Shown piece by piece: positions 27,472-39,750 of a stretch of 64,000 nucleotides of DNA (positions within the stretch are counted from its first letter, which is position 1; the number at the start of each line of letters is the position of its first letter). Below the pieces are notes generated by a model. The model was not told the DNA's origin. It searched no databases and saw only the letters and a list, made by a program, of their open reading frames with translations. The position numbers and the translations under genes were made by a program. The DNA comes from Octopus vulgaris (Eukaryota), in contig OX597814.1 in assembly GCA_951406725.2 (NCBI GenBank), positions 198,586,001-198,650,000 of the forward strand, given 5' to 3'.

Positions 27472-27683
27472 TATATAAGAGAAGAAAATGGATATTGTAA
27501 TAATGGGAAACTTGTGGCTTGCGCTGGTATGTCTTTAATTAAATAGGTAAGAAAGAAGGAAGAAGCAGAGATGGTACCCTCATCTCTGCTTCATCCTTCT
27601 TTGTTACCTATTTAATCAAAGACATACCAGCGTAAACCATAAGTTTCCCCATTGTTGTTATATCCATTTTCTTCTCTTATATA
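27472..27683. repeat. Fold-back palindrome (about 100-bp arms, tiny loop), MITE-like
   Basis: TATATAAGAGAAGAAAATGGATAT...GAAGCAGAGATG / CATCTCTGCTTC...ATATCCATTTTCTTCTCTTATATA. Confidence 0.9.
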
Positions 27684-27821
27684 ACCTAAACTCCGGTTTA
27701 CCAACCGAACTACTTGCTACTGTACAACCATACAAAAGACTGTACCTACCCAGCTAATAGCTAGGAGCGACTCTGGATTTAATTATCCCTTAGAGGTATT
27801 AAATTCCTCTAACGTGATACC

Positions 27822-27897
<76 letters not shown>

Positions 27898-27909
27898 CAC
27901 ATATATATA

Positions 27910-27945
<36 letters not shown>

Positions 27946-27947
27946 AT

Positions 27948-28020
<73 letters not shown>

Positions 28021-28292
28021 TGTATATTTGTTGGTTTCAAAGAAGAAGCCATGGATATTGTAGCATGGAAATCTAGATTTACTTACAGGCACAGCGACTG
28101 AGTATCGCCTTAGGAGATACATATAGATCTTCTTTTACAGGTAAATTGTTACATAATTAAATTTAAACTTAACTTTAAATTCTGTATATACGAAGATCTC
28201 TATGTATCGAGACATTTGTAGCGATTAAGAAGCTGCCTAACCACAATTACTCTTCCATTTGACTCTTTTACTCTCTTTTACTTTTTATATAT

Positions 28293-28339
<47 letters not shown>

Positions 28340-28341
<2 letters not shown>

Positions 28342-28593
28342 CGGGCGAAATACTGCGAAGCATTTCGCCCAAGCCGCCGCCTTGTAGTTAGCTGAACAAT
28401 CCTTTCTACTGGAAGCACAAGGCCTCAAATTTTCGGGTGGGGACTAGTTGATTATATCGACCCCTGTGTTTCACTGGTATTTAATTTATCGACCCTGAAA
28501 GGATAAAAGGCAAAGTCGACCTCGGTTGAATTTGAACTCAGAACTTAGCGACGGGCGAAATACTGCGAAGTGTTTCGTCGAGCTCACCGCTTT
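28340..28593 (-). mobile_element. SINE A (A2 tail) with duplicated head fragment
   Basis: Copy 28401-28593 plus head fragment 28340-28383; spacer repeats 28384-28400/28594-28610. Confidence 0.85.
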
Positions 28594-28894
28594 CTAGTTG
28601 GTTGAATAATTCCTGATAAAATTACATTGACAGCGCAGAGATTAAACATAAGTCGAAACCCATGGGATTTGGACCCAGAAGAGAGAGAGGGGAGATACTT
28701 AATGATAATGATACAAAGTTAATAATTGACGATTTCTGATATAGACACAAGACATATTGCATGTGTGCGTGTGTGTGATCTATATTGTTTGTACTGTCTT
28801 GAGAATTGTGGAACAAACTTTGAAAATATGAGTGTTGCCAGCTGCTAAATCATTTGATAGATACAACAATTAATAGTAGCAGCAGCAGCAGTAG

Positions 28895-29465
28895 TTGTAA
28901 TGAGTTTGTTCACTGGAGACTATATGAAATGTTCGGTCTGGGAAGATCACGGAAATGTTACGAACATGAAACAGATGGCGTCACTGAGAGCAATGACTAT
29001 AAGATCTTGTGTGATTTTACACTCCAATGTGACTCAGTGATTGCTGCTCAGAGACCAGACATTGATGTCGTAGATAAAAAAGGGAAAATGAAACTAAGAT
29101 CATAGATATTGCCATACCTGCGGATGCACGCGTAGGAGTTAAAGACACGGAAAAGGTAAAAAAAGTACAAATTACTAAAAGACGAAATTACAAGAACGTG
29201 GGCAATAAGGGGAGTAACTGTTATCCCAGTAGTTGTAGGGGCACTCGGAGCACTAACAACGAAGCCCGAGAAACTGGAATTGACATAAGGGCAAGACATG
29301 CCAAAAAACAGAGGAAAACTGCTCTATAGAGACTGTAAGAATTTTGAAATTGGTGCTTGGGTATTGAATATCCTCCACGGTACTTAACATCCAAGTATCA
29401 AGGCTTATAATTTGTAGAAAGAGACCCTGTGGGACCACTTGACAACTGGTTGCGGTCCGCTTACA

Positions 29466-29470
<5 letters not shown>
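28895..29470 (+). mobile_element. R4/Dong-like LINE 3' fragment (restriction-like endonuclease), frameshifted
   Basis: VHW...YEHE..V.E...KILCDF..Q.D..I.A.RPDI.VVDK...IDIAIP...K..K...IPVVVGALG; followed by (TAA)n. Confidence 0.85.
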
Positions 29471-29525
<55 letters not shown>

Positions 29526-29539
29526 TAATAATGGAAATA

Positions 29540-29850
29540 ATGATGCCTTCATGTAATACCAGGCAGTGGTTCTCATGGCTTTAGATCTTAACTGATTGGA
29601 ACTGTTATCACGGACATTGTTTGTCCTGGTATATAAGATGGGCCGTAGCAAATATTCTGCTCAATATCACAGATTTGCTTGTCAGTTGTTTGACCATAAC
29701 CAGTTGAGCATCCCTTACAGGCTGACGATATGTGTAACTCTGATTACGAGCAGAAGTAGTGGAGGGAGCATCATAGGCATATGCTGAAAGGAATTTTTTA
29801 GGGTTTGAATAATTCATCTTTGGAACCATAGGTGTTTTGTTCATCACCCT
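29540..29850 (-). repeat. Unclassified interspersed repeat with (TAA)-type tail
   Basis: Abuts the (TAA)n tract; recalled as a common octopus repeat, no coding signal. Confidence 0.4.
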
Positions 29851-29924
29851 TAAAACAGTGTTGTGGAAAAAGGTATACAAGAAATAATGTTATCCACTTT
29901 TCGAAAGGAAGAAACGTAAACCTT

Positions 29925-30160
29925 ATTCAGGCACCTTTTAAGCAGGATGGGCTACTCGACCTGAAGAAAATTCTAACTGGGCCCTACCTGCAAGGTCATG
30001 CGCTGTTTATCTTGATGTAAGATCACCATATCGCGCACATATGGTTGTGATGCATGTTCCTGGTGCACCCTTATCAGATGGGTAGTCATGGAGGGTATAC
30101 TGGGCTTCGTATATTTTATCTCAGTGTCACTTTGATGGCATGCACTGCTCTCTCACTCAA
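29925..30160 (+). repeat. Unclassified retro-element 3' end with (TAA)n tail
   Basis: 3' part repeated at 30800-30885 (CAGTGTCACTTTGATGGCATGC.CTGCTCTCTCA then (TAA)n). Confidence 0.7.
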
Positions 30161-30185
30161 TAATAATAATAATAATAATAATAAA

Positions 30186-30460
30186 TCATAGTAGGTGTAT
30201 TAGGCATGATAAAAAAATAATCATAGTAGGTGCATTAGGCATGATAAAAAAATATTCAGACAAATACATAACAAAAACACCAGGACTTACAAACACATAT
30301 AACATACAGAAAATTGCACTACTAGGCACTGCACACATCCTACGCAGAACACTTTCCATACAATAACCATCAGAGCATCACAACAAATCACAGCACATAC
30401 CCAAGGCACACAGAGCTGCGCTCGGTAGTGAAGTGAAAGCACGCTATAAAAATAAAACTA

Positions 30461-30465
<5 letters not shown>
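30186..30465 (+). mobile_element. R4/Dong-like LINE 3' end
   Basis: IIVGALGMIKK...IQKIALLGTAHILRRTLSIQ*; (TAA)n on both sides; short 5' duplication 30186-30250. Confidence 0.85.
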
Positions 30466-30529
<64 letters not shown>

Positions 30530-30539
30530 AAAAGGTAAA

Positions 30540-30800
30540 TGTTAATATAACCCGAAGGAACCATGGTGGAAAAGAAGAATAACAGTCTATTAACGACCAG
30601 AAAGTATATTAACATTTTCGAACAGAAAAATAGAAATGAAGTTCAGCGAGAGAAATATGTTGAGCTAGGAGGATTACGAGACAGTTGGACGAAAAATTGA
30701 GTAGTGACCTCCAAGTACCTACCTGGATAACAAAAGGAAGAATGGTATAATACCAGAAGGACTCATGTAAAGGGAATGCGGTCGGAAACTTCCGACCAAT
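30540..30800 (+). mobile_element. R4/Dong-like LINE internal fragments
   Basis: EPWWKRRI and PTWITKGRMV*YQKD..KGNAVGNFRPI (start of RT domain). Confidence 0.65.
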
Positions 30801-30882
30801 ATCAGACGCATAGTCATGATGGGCATACCGAGCTTCGTATATTTTACCCCAGTGTCACTTTGATGGCATGCGCTGCTCTCTC

Positions 30883-30924
<42 letters not shown>

Positions 30925-31136
30925 CCCCTCTTCTATAGGCACAAGGCCTGAAATTTTCGGGGAGGGGATAAGTCGATTACATCGACCCCAGTGAGCAAAT
31001 GGTACTTATTTAATCGAACCCGAAAGGATGAAAGGCAAAGTCAACCTCGGCGGAATTTGAACTTAGGATATAAATACGGACAAAATGCCGCTAAGTATTT
31101 TGCCTGGCGAGCTAACGATTCTGCCAGCTCGTCGCC

Positions 31137-31138
<2 letters not shown>
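30925..31138 (-). mobile_element. SINE A (A2 tail) within (TAA)n
   Basis: Full head-core-tail; TAA repeats on both sides. Confidence 0.9.
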
Positions 31139-31182
<44 letters not shown>

Positions 31183-31199
31183 TAATAATAATTATAATA

Positions 31200-31475
31200 A
31201 TATACTATGGAAAATTAAGAAGGTGAAGATAGTGCCAATTATCGTTGGGTCCTTGGGAACAGTATCACAAGGCATCAGGAAGAATATTAAAGGAAATCGG
31301 AATAGAGTGCCCAGTAGAACTGTTATAAAAGGGCTGCCTCCTTGGCACGGCCAGAATAATCAGGAAAGTATTAGATAGGTGAAAGAACGAATAGCATGGT
31401 ACCCTAGGCGGCAGGTTGCAAGTCCGTTACGCATGCGAAACTCCAGGAGCTCCAAAAAAACCTGTGATAAAGAGA
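31200..31475 (+). mobile_element. R4/Dong-like LINE 3' end
   Basis: LWKIKKVKIVPIIVGSLGTV...CLLGTARIIRKVLD; preceded by (TAA)n. Confidence 0.82.
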
Positions 31476-31489
31476 AGATATTAATAATA

Positions 31490-31667
31490 ATATTGGTTTG
31501 ACATTTTGGCACAAGGCCACCAATTTCAGGGAAAGGGGTGCGTCGACTACATCGACGCCAGGGCTCAAGTGGTACTTATTTTGTCGACTCCTAAGGAAGG
31601 AAGGTAAAGTCGACCTCGAAGGAATTTGAACACAGAGTGTATGGACGTACGAAATGCCACTAAGCAT
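31490..31667 (-). mobile_element. SINE A (A2 tail), partial
   Basis: GGCACAAGGCC...AAAGTCGACCTCG...CTAAGCATT. Confidence 0.8.
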
Positions 31668-31979
31668 TAATAATAATACCTTTGTGCTACAAAGGTGACT
31701 CTTAACCAGGGGGCGATATCGCTACTTATGTCTCTAGCAGTGACCCATGTATTCTTTCTTTCTCTCTCTCTCTCTTTCCTTCTTTCCTTCTTTCCTTCCT
31801 TCCTTCTTTTTTCGTTGTTTCTTTCTTTCCTTCTTTCCTTCTTTCCTTCTTTCTTTCCTTCCTTTCCTTCTTTCCTTCTTTCCTTCTTTCTTTCTTCTCT
31901 TCTTCCCTTCTTTCTTTCTTTCTTTCTGTCTTTCTTTCTTTTTTTCTAAATACCACAGAATCAGCTTGTAGAAGAGTGT

Positions 31980-33360
31980 GTCGATTACTAATGGCGTTTG
32001 AGCTTTCACCCTATTCTGTCTTTTAAAGATAACATATTTCTCTATATCTTCCGTTTCCAATGAAAGATAAGATCTGTCTCCTAGACTTTCTCCGCTAGAA
32101 AGCCCGCTGTGTTTCTTAAAAATGCAGAAATGCATTAATTTTCTCCTCCCGCGAGCTTATATGTTTGTAGAAGCCTGGCGCCTACTAGGTGGACAAAATA
32201 TTGCCAAGCGTTAGCTCTTTCAACGAAATATTTTGTTTAATCTTCTTAGAAAAGATAAAACTATACCACAGATATTCTTTCATTGTAATGCGTCAACACA
32301 CGCACAGGATAAAACGTTTCGGTTTCTATCCTCAAAGAAATTTAACAAATTCTTAAGGTTTCGCCTCCATTCTAATCAAAGTATTCCATATTTCTTTATA
32401 CACAGATATAAACTGGATCTGTTTGTATTTAGTTTTGCCAACAGATTCATATTTATTCAACTTTCAGAAGAAATCTCCGCAAGTATTGCTTTGCAACAAA
32501 TAACTGTTAATGATGGATTCCAAAATATCATGACTTATTAAGTAAAATTAATGTAGTGGGAGAAAAATATTTAAACAATAATAATTTTATCCGTAATAAA
32601 AAGAAAAAAACCTTTAATGTCAATGATAGTTATCGACGAGAAACGCAAAGGAGACAATTCCAGAATTCAAATTGATTTAGCACGAAATAAGGGGACCGAA
32701 CCTGGTCTTTGTCTAACAAATATTATTCTTATTTTGTATATTTCACTAAGAAATAATGATAGCATTTTCGGTTATAATAAATTGATAATATATTGTGGTC
32801 AGAGAAAATATGTAATTTGATAGTGTTGTGGAAAAAGGTATACAAGAAATAATGTTATCCACTTTTCGAAAGGAAGAAACGTAAAGTAGATCTTGGCAAA
32901 CTGTAATTATCAAAGTAATCTAACACTGTAATTATCAAAGTACTCTGTCATTTAGTTTTCAAGTTATTTCTTATAGTTTCACAAGAACAGGCGTTAAAAT
33001 CAGGCTGTTTTAACTGTTAGATATAATACACTTACGTAATGAACGTGTAACACATCAAGGTATATCACCACTTTGTAGTTTTCGTTCTACTTTGATGGAC
33101 GCCATTAGCAGGAAGTAAGCCTTTTGTTCCTGATGACTAACCATTTGTGACGATACTGTTTCCGCCACTGGCGTTATATTAAACCAACACTTCAATATTC
33201 TGTACATAATCTAAATTGACTGATATTGGTTTGGGTTCTGTCTGTCATATCGTTATTATTATTTCTGTTTTGCCTTAAGTTAATCTTCATCCAACAGACT
33301 TATGAAAAATGGCGTTTCAATCACGATAATAACATTTTTGGCATAGCGTATCTGGGACTA
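31980..33360 (+). pseudogene. Decayed TLR-like pseudogene (LRRs to TIR box 3)
   Basis: DKTFRFLSS..FRLHSNQ (ORF 32233), IDLARN (ORF 32617), VYHHFVVF (33060-33083), PFVPD (33120), SATGVILNQHF (33161-33193), QTYEKW (33295-33312), then FW (33336-33341 after a 1-nt shift), matching TIR TYLEW...FW. Confidence 0.5.
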
Positions 33361-33924
33361 CGTTCTCGAACGTACCTGTCCTTTTAAGAGATGATAGTAG
33401 TGAGGCGTAGAAGCTCTCTGGTTGATGTGATTTTGAGGTTTTAGTCATCGTTGATTTATTCTACATTGCTGGTCTTGTATTTTTGTTTCGTTTCCTTTGT
33501 GCGTATATTTCTTATTCGTTACGACGATCGATCATTGTTATTATAAATGATTTGATTTATGCATTACTAAGCAAAGGAGACTAGAAAACAAATACTCTAT
33601 GCACACACTAGAGGGTCCAAGTAGGATTACGACCAACTTGGTCTCAAACGATTTTCTTTTTCTTTCTGTTTCTTTTTTCTTTTTTTTTTTTACGAAACAC
33701 AATGAGTGACTGTTTATGTTGTCGTTCAGCCCCAGAGCGAGCCACTACTGTCTGTAAACTAATACAAAAGCCAATAATGGTTCAGAAATTCCCGACTGAA
33801 GGCAGAAACGGTCCTGATTTCAGATACACAATTTTAAGTAGCTAAGCACGAGCTAATACCAATTGAAACAATGTTGTGCACTCAACATGAAGAAATCAAT
33901 TCTTGTTGTCTATTCCTTATTCCT

Positions 33925-34335
<411 letters not shown>

Positions 34336-35094
34336 AACACACGTGTATATAAATATAAAGACATCTATATTCTCTGGCAATGCAATGACACGTTCGAATT
34401 AAAAGCAAGATATCAGTTATCCAATAGCATACTAGTTCGATGTATGTTTGCTAGAATTATAATGGTTTGACACTTATCCGTTTAAACGAACGGCAAGAAT
34501 AAGACAAATTGCCTTAATATTATTAGAAAAAAGAAAACCCTCATCAACAAAAATCAAAGAACGAAAAGAACCAATGCGTTCGCTCCTACACGATTTCTTG
34601 GTGTGCTCGATGCTATAAATAACAGTGAAATCTCAGTTAAAGCATACACCGGATCGCTAAAAAAAGTGACGTGCACATTAGATAATTTATTGCAGGAAAC
34701 CATTAATGGACGGGATGGCTATGGTTAGAATGCATTTGATTATCAGGTTGGTCGATTAGGACTCAACTGAAGCTGGACAACACCACCACCTCCCAAAAAA
34801 AAAAAAAATAATAAAATAACAGCAAAGACAAAAAAGTGTTGTAAGTGTCTCCTTCTGACTAAAACACTATTTACAAACAAATAGATTAAGTACTAAAGAA
34901 AGCATAAAAACTAAAAATACTTAAAGTTAGGTAAAGAACCAATCAAATAGTAGGGTCGATATAATTTTCTCTTCTCTTCCTTTCAAAAGTTTCTGGTCTT
35001 GTACCAATCTAAGAATAACCATTTCTTTTTCTTTTAGCCGAAAGGGATGGCAGCATATAATGTTTATTGTATTGCATTTGCCGCGAGCCATTGT

Positions 35095-35289
35095 GACTGA
35101 AAAACGAAAAGCGGTCAGCGGGAAGAATCGACTGTCTATATTTTCTGAGTTCAAATTCCGCCCAGGTCAAATGTGCTTTTTGCGGAGCGATAAAATAAGT
35201 ACCAGTTGCGTACTGGGGTTGATATAATTGAGTAGCTCCTCCCCCAAAATTTCAGGTCCTTGTGCCTTTAGTAGAAAAGGATTCTTCTT

Positions 35290-35320
<31 letters not shown>

Positions 35321-35709
35321 TTCTTTTCCTCCTCCTAGCACATACAGCCTTTCAGTATCGCTTTTGGGATGTTGCTCCTTGTTAACTGTCATCACTTTTC
35401 TGGTTTTCCTGTTCTTTTCCATAAACTCGTTCATTGACCACCTCACAACACCTGCGCTACATCACATTAAGGAAACAGCCCATGCATTATTATTATTATT
35501 ATTATTATTATTAAGAATCGATAGTGTACCAAGCAAAATGGTTTGCAGTACCTCGTACGTCTTTACGTTCTGAGTTCAGATTCACCCGAGGTCGACTTTG
35601 CTTTTCATCCTTTCGGAGGCGAATAAGTAAGCACCAATTGAATATTGGGGTCGATGTAATCGACTTATCTCCTGCCTCGAACTGGCTGGCCTTGTGCTAA
35701 AATTTGAAA

Positions 35710-35710
<1 letters not shown>
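35095..35710 (+). mobile_element. Two diverged SINE A copies (35095-35282, 35515-35710)
   Basis: TTCTGAGTTCA...GGTC.AC, TAAGTACCAG, CCTTGTGC tails ending in (CTT)n and (TTA)n. Confidence 0.78.
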
Positions 35711-35749
<39 letters not shown>

Positions 35750-36147
35750 TAAGCATCTAAACAATTAACATAAGCGTGGTCTAAGCTACATAATCGCTTG
35801 CAAGTAACGGCTACACGTCTGTCTTCATCTTTTAAAATTATTATGGCAATTGTCTATGATTTAAATTTTCACATTCTCGTTGTATTAATTTCCATCTATT
35901 CCTCCATCCATCCATATACACACACACTTATAAATCTATATCTAGACGGTTTCTGCATTCCTTTCAGAGATACATTATCGTACTCCAAGACTGAATATTT
36001 GATGAGGCAACACATGTATTCTTAACGGTCCCTGACAACAATACCTCGTAGATTTTCCCTACATCTTTAGATTAGCATATCTCAGAATATAGTGGTTTAT
36101 CATTCTCCAGGGCCTTTTCAGGTTATGACTGTCCCTTATCTTTCCTA

Positions 36148-36460
36148 TTGACAATGCATAGAATGCACCACCCTAAGGCAGATATAGAACGACTTTATCT
36201 GCCAAGAAAAGAGGGAGGCCGTGAACTTTTACAACTGGCAATAACAATGAAGATTGCTACAATTGGCCTAGACACCTACCTGAAAAACTCTGAGGACGAG
36301 ATGTTAAAATTTATCTCAAAACATGAAAACAAGAAAGCATCATACTCAGTGACAAAACAGGCAAAGGAATATCTAAGTAAATTCCGAATACAACAAATTT
36401 CGGAATTAGACACACAAGAAACAAGCACATAAAAAGCTAAGCGCATGAAAACCCGTGCTA
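36148..36460 (+). mobile_element. R4/Dong-like LINE fragment (post-RT region)
   Basis: HHPKADIERLYLPRKEGGR.L.QL motif in ORF 36148-36432. Confidence 0.82.
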
Positions 36461-37079
36461 ATGAGGACGTAACTTCCGGTCCTGTCATGTTTGCCGTTTT
36501 CCATTGTCTATGAATGATTGGTTAAAACCAATATGGCTGATTGATTCTTCAAACACATTCTCTACTGTTACTTATATACTCTGCCTCAGCAGGTTTTTAG
36601 AAGTTTCTGGCAGGAAGGCTCCCTTGCTCTTATTCCATAATGAAGAATCCTTATTTGCTTTGGCTCTTGTGTTTCCCAGCTAGAAAATATCCTTTTCTAA
36701 CCGACTTCCATTTTTCAATCTTGGCCTCTTCCAAGCTCTTCATGGCAATCTTTTAACATAACATTATTGTTCCTAGTTTCTCATCGTAATTGTCCATTAC
36801 TTCAACCGTTATTTAATTTATTTCTTGGCTTCCTTGAAGACAGAAAACAAATTTTTCCTTTCATATTTTATAATCATTTCTTTTTGCTTCCATTTTTTCT
36901 CTCAACTAATTATTTTTGTAGATATTTCATAATGATTTTCTAATGCCAGAAGGCAACCCCTACCTTGAACAATTATCTCAAAATACTCCTACTTCTCTTG
37001 CTGTTGGCGATGCATTGATATTTTCGTCTTCCTGGTTATGTTTTACTAATTCCTGATAAAATCATTTCGATTGGAGTCG

Positions 37080-37129
<50 letters not shown>

Positions 37130-37214
37130 GTGTGTGTGTATGCATGTATATGTATGCATATATAGTACACACACGCATATATATATATAAGCATACATAT
37201 ATATATATAATATA

Positions 37215-37650
37215 TAGGGTGAGTTTACGAAAAAAACAAAAGACGAAGACAGGTGGTGTACAAAACAAACAGATGTATTAGTATAACGCTCAGGAATAGA
37301 AAAAGTCTTTTACTTTTCGAACCTACGCTCTTCTACAGAAAGGGATACAGAAAAAACAAGGAGAAACAAGGAGAGAAAAATGTGTGTAGTGGCTAACGAT
37401 CTATCATGGCGATATATATAATATATACATACATAAATATACATACATATACACACACCCCCTACACTCGCACGCGCATATATATATATAGTTCAAAATC
37501 ATACAAAAGCAAGACAGAGATGGATGAAAAAACAATAAACAAGTGTACTGCTTTAACGCTCAGGAAAAATTGAAGAAATCTTTGACGTTTCGAGCCTACG
37601 CTCTTCTACAGAAATCAATGAAGAAAGAAAACAGATAAGGAGAGGAAAAA
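37215..37650 (-). mobile_element. Two Penelope-like pseudo-LTR remnants with hammerhead-like motifs (37307-37342, 37581-37614)
   Basis: Minus strand CUGUAGA-A-GAGCGUAGGCUC-GAAAC-GUC-AAA at 37614-37581; homologous to 8815-9098. Confidence 0.62.
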
Positions 37651-38708
37651 TGTATGTATGTATTTACGTATGTATATATGTGTGTGTTTATGTATGCGTG
37701 TGTTTATGTATGTATTTATGCATGTATTTACATATGTATGTAAGTACGTATGTATGTATGTATGCATGTATGTGTTTATGTATATTGGTTTAAAGAATCA
37801 CAGACCTTTTATAACTGCGGACTCTTAGTGAGTTCGGGAGATTCTCTTCGTTCAGACGTTATTTGTTCTATTCGTTATTTATTTTGTGTTTTCTTTCTGT
37901 ACTGTTTGCTTCTTCTTTTTTCTTTCTCAGACTTTTCTTTATTTGTTTCATTAAGGACTGAGAGAACTTTTCTTTTCTTCTGTATGGCTGTCTTTCCCTC
38001 CCCTCATCTCGCTCTCTCTCTCGCTTGCTCCCTGTACGTTTGCTGACCACTTTACTTCGTTTTTCATATTCCTATATAATCATATCTAAGAAAGCACCTA
38101 CATTCCTGTATAACCAATGTAACTATCGCATCTATTATTATTTGGTTCATCCTAAAAATACTGATGGATGCAGCTGTTTTGATTGAGCATCTGACGACCA
38201 GTTTCGTGTTCTTATTATTATTGCTGTTTTCTCGTTAAGAAGCTTTTTGTATCGATCTGAAGTTCCATTCTTTAACTTTTCCACCTTTAGATTATTACCA
38301 TATTCAAAATTTTTCTATCTTTAGGATTTTCTTAAAATCTTTCTTTCATTTCTTTTTATTCGCATTATCGTTTTTGTTCTGGCATGGCTTTTGTTGGCCA
38401 GTATCCTCTAGTTGAGCTAACGTCACTTGATCTTAGCTGAAGCTTGTTATCTATGTTCTGTCTATTGCATGTCGTTGCTCTATCTTTGCTGTTTATATCC
38501 TCAGACTGTGTTGTTTTGTCCGTTTCTGTATTTTCTTTTGTCGTTCTTTCTTTGTTCTATGTGACTTAAGTTTTTTGGCCTCTTAAATAAGTTAGTCTTG
38601 CGAACTAAATTTACACTGCGACTAAGATTATTATTATTATCCCAAATATGATAGGAGTGCTTTGGTACTCACGTTTTGCACAGAGCGGGAGAGAGAGAGA
38701 GAGAGAGA

Positions 38709-38739
<31 letters not shown>

Positions 38740-38948
38740 TGAGTATGGCTCTGAAATATGTATTTACGTTTTCTGTTTTCGTTGCGAGATTCTGAAATTA
38801 ATTTTTTTATCGCCCTTGAAAGTGTATGATAGGCAAATCTCGGTGGAATTTAAGTTCAGAATATAAAGACATCATTACTAAATAACACAAAGTATCTTTT
38901 CTACACCTGTAATCAATTTTTCTGAACCATACATACATATACATACAT

Positions 38949-38979
<31 letters not shown>

Positions 38980-39010
38980 ATCAAAATAAGTAACAAGAAT
39001 TCAAGTAGTA

Positions 39011-39099
39011 ATGCAGTACAACCGTTTCAAGCGGATCCATTTAATTGAACAATGCAATCATTACATCAGTTTTAAATACAGCGCTATCTTCAGCTGCAC
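39011..39099 (-). ncRNA. Type I hammerhead ribozyme motif, canonical core
   Basis: GUGCAG-CUGAAGA-UAGCG...CGCUU-GAAA-C-GGUU-GUA-CUGCAU: 6-bp stem I, GUA cleavage triplet, long stem II insert. Confidence 0.7.
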
Positions 39100-39529
39100 A
39101 AATATGGAGCTTCAACAGACACGATACATTAATATCATTTTTCTGAAGTATTTTAACAGAGCAAGAGTATGGAAGAAATTCATGTTATTGCTATTTTAGC
39201 ACGAATAGCTAAGAGAACAGACTACAATTTTTTTTATAGAGTGGCACGTGACATAGTAAGGGTCATAGGGTTATAATTTATTTCCAATTTATCTATCTCT
39301 GTATTATCAACTAAAATCTGAGACTAGCAGACTGTGTATATTTAGAATAAAAACCAAAAGTGAACTGACAGCTCATGGCTGGCTATTACTCATAAATATT
39401 GTCAAAGTTACTCCACTACCCACAAGAAAAGGAAACAAATCTTTAGAAAGAGTGAATTAGATAGAAGTAACTGTCTATAAAAGAGGTGGGGTCAGGGTGA
39501 GGGTGACATTAATTCATGATGTTGTTACC

Positions 39530-39750
39530 AGTTAAAGGGGCTAACACTATGAAACTTAGGATGCTATAATGAGATCCAGAAAAAATATTAGGGCCTCAAG
39601 TGGGGGAACATTTGTAAACCACGTCATTATGCTGAATAAGAATAAAATATATTTTTTAAAATTTCAGAAATTGATATCATAACCAAGTTAGCTAAAAGGT
39701 GTATATGGATCAATTTTTAAAAGGAATATTACTATTATGTAGAATCAATT
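39530..39750 (-). mobile_element. Decayed Penelope-like reverse transcriptase fragment
   Basis: Minus strand HNSNIPF...LTWL then WFTNVPPLEAL (FTNVP at about 39604-39618), like Penelope RT SLFTNVP; upstream of the hammerhead on the same strand. Confidence 0.5.

Noticed and set aside
36600-38580. Possible further R4/Dong N-terminal fragments on the minus strand
   Set aside because: Only vague motifs (RLEKDI); boundaries cannot be defined by eye.
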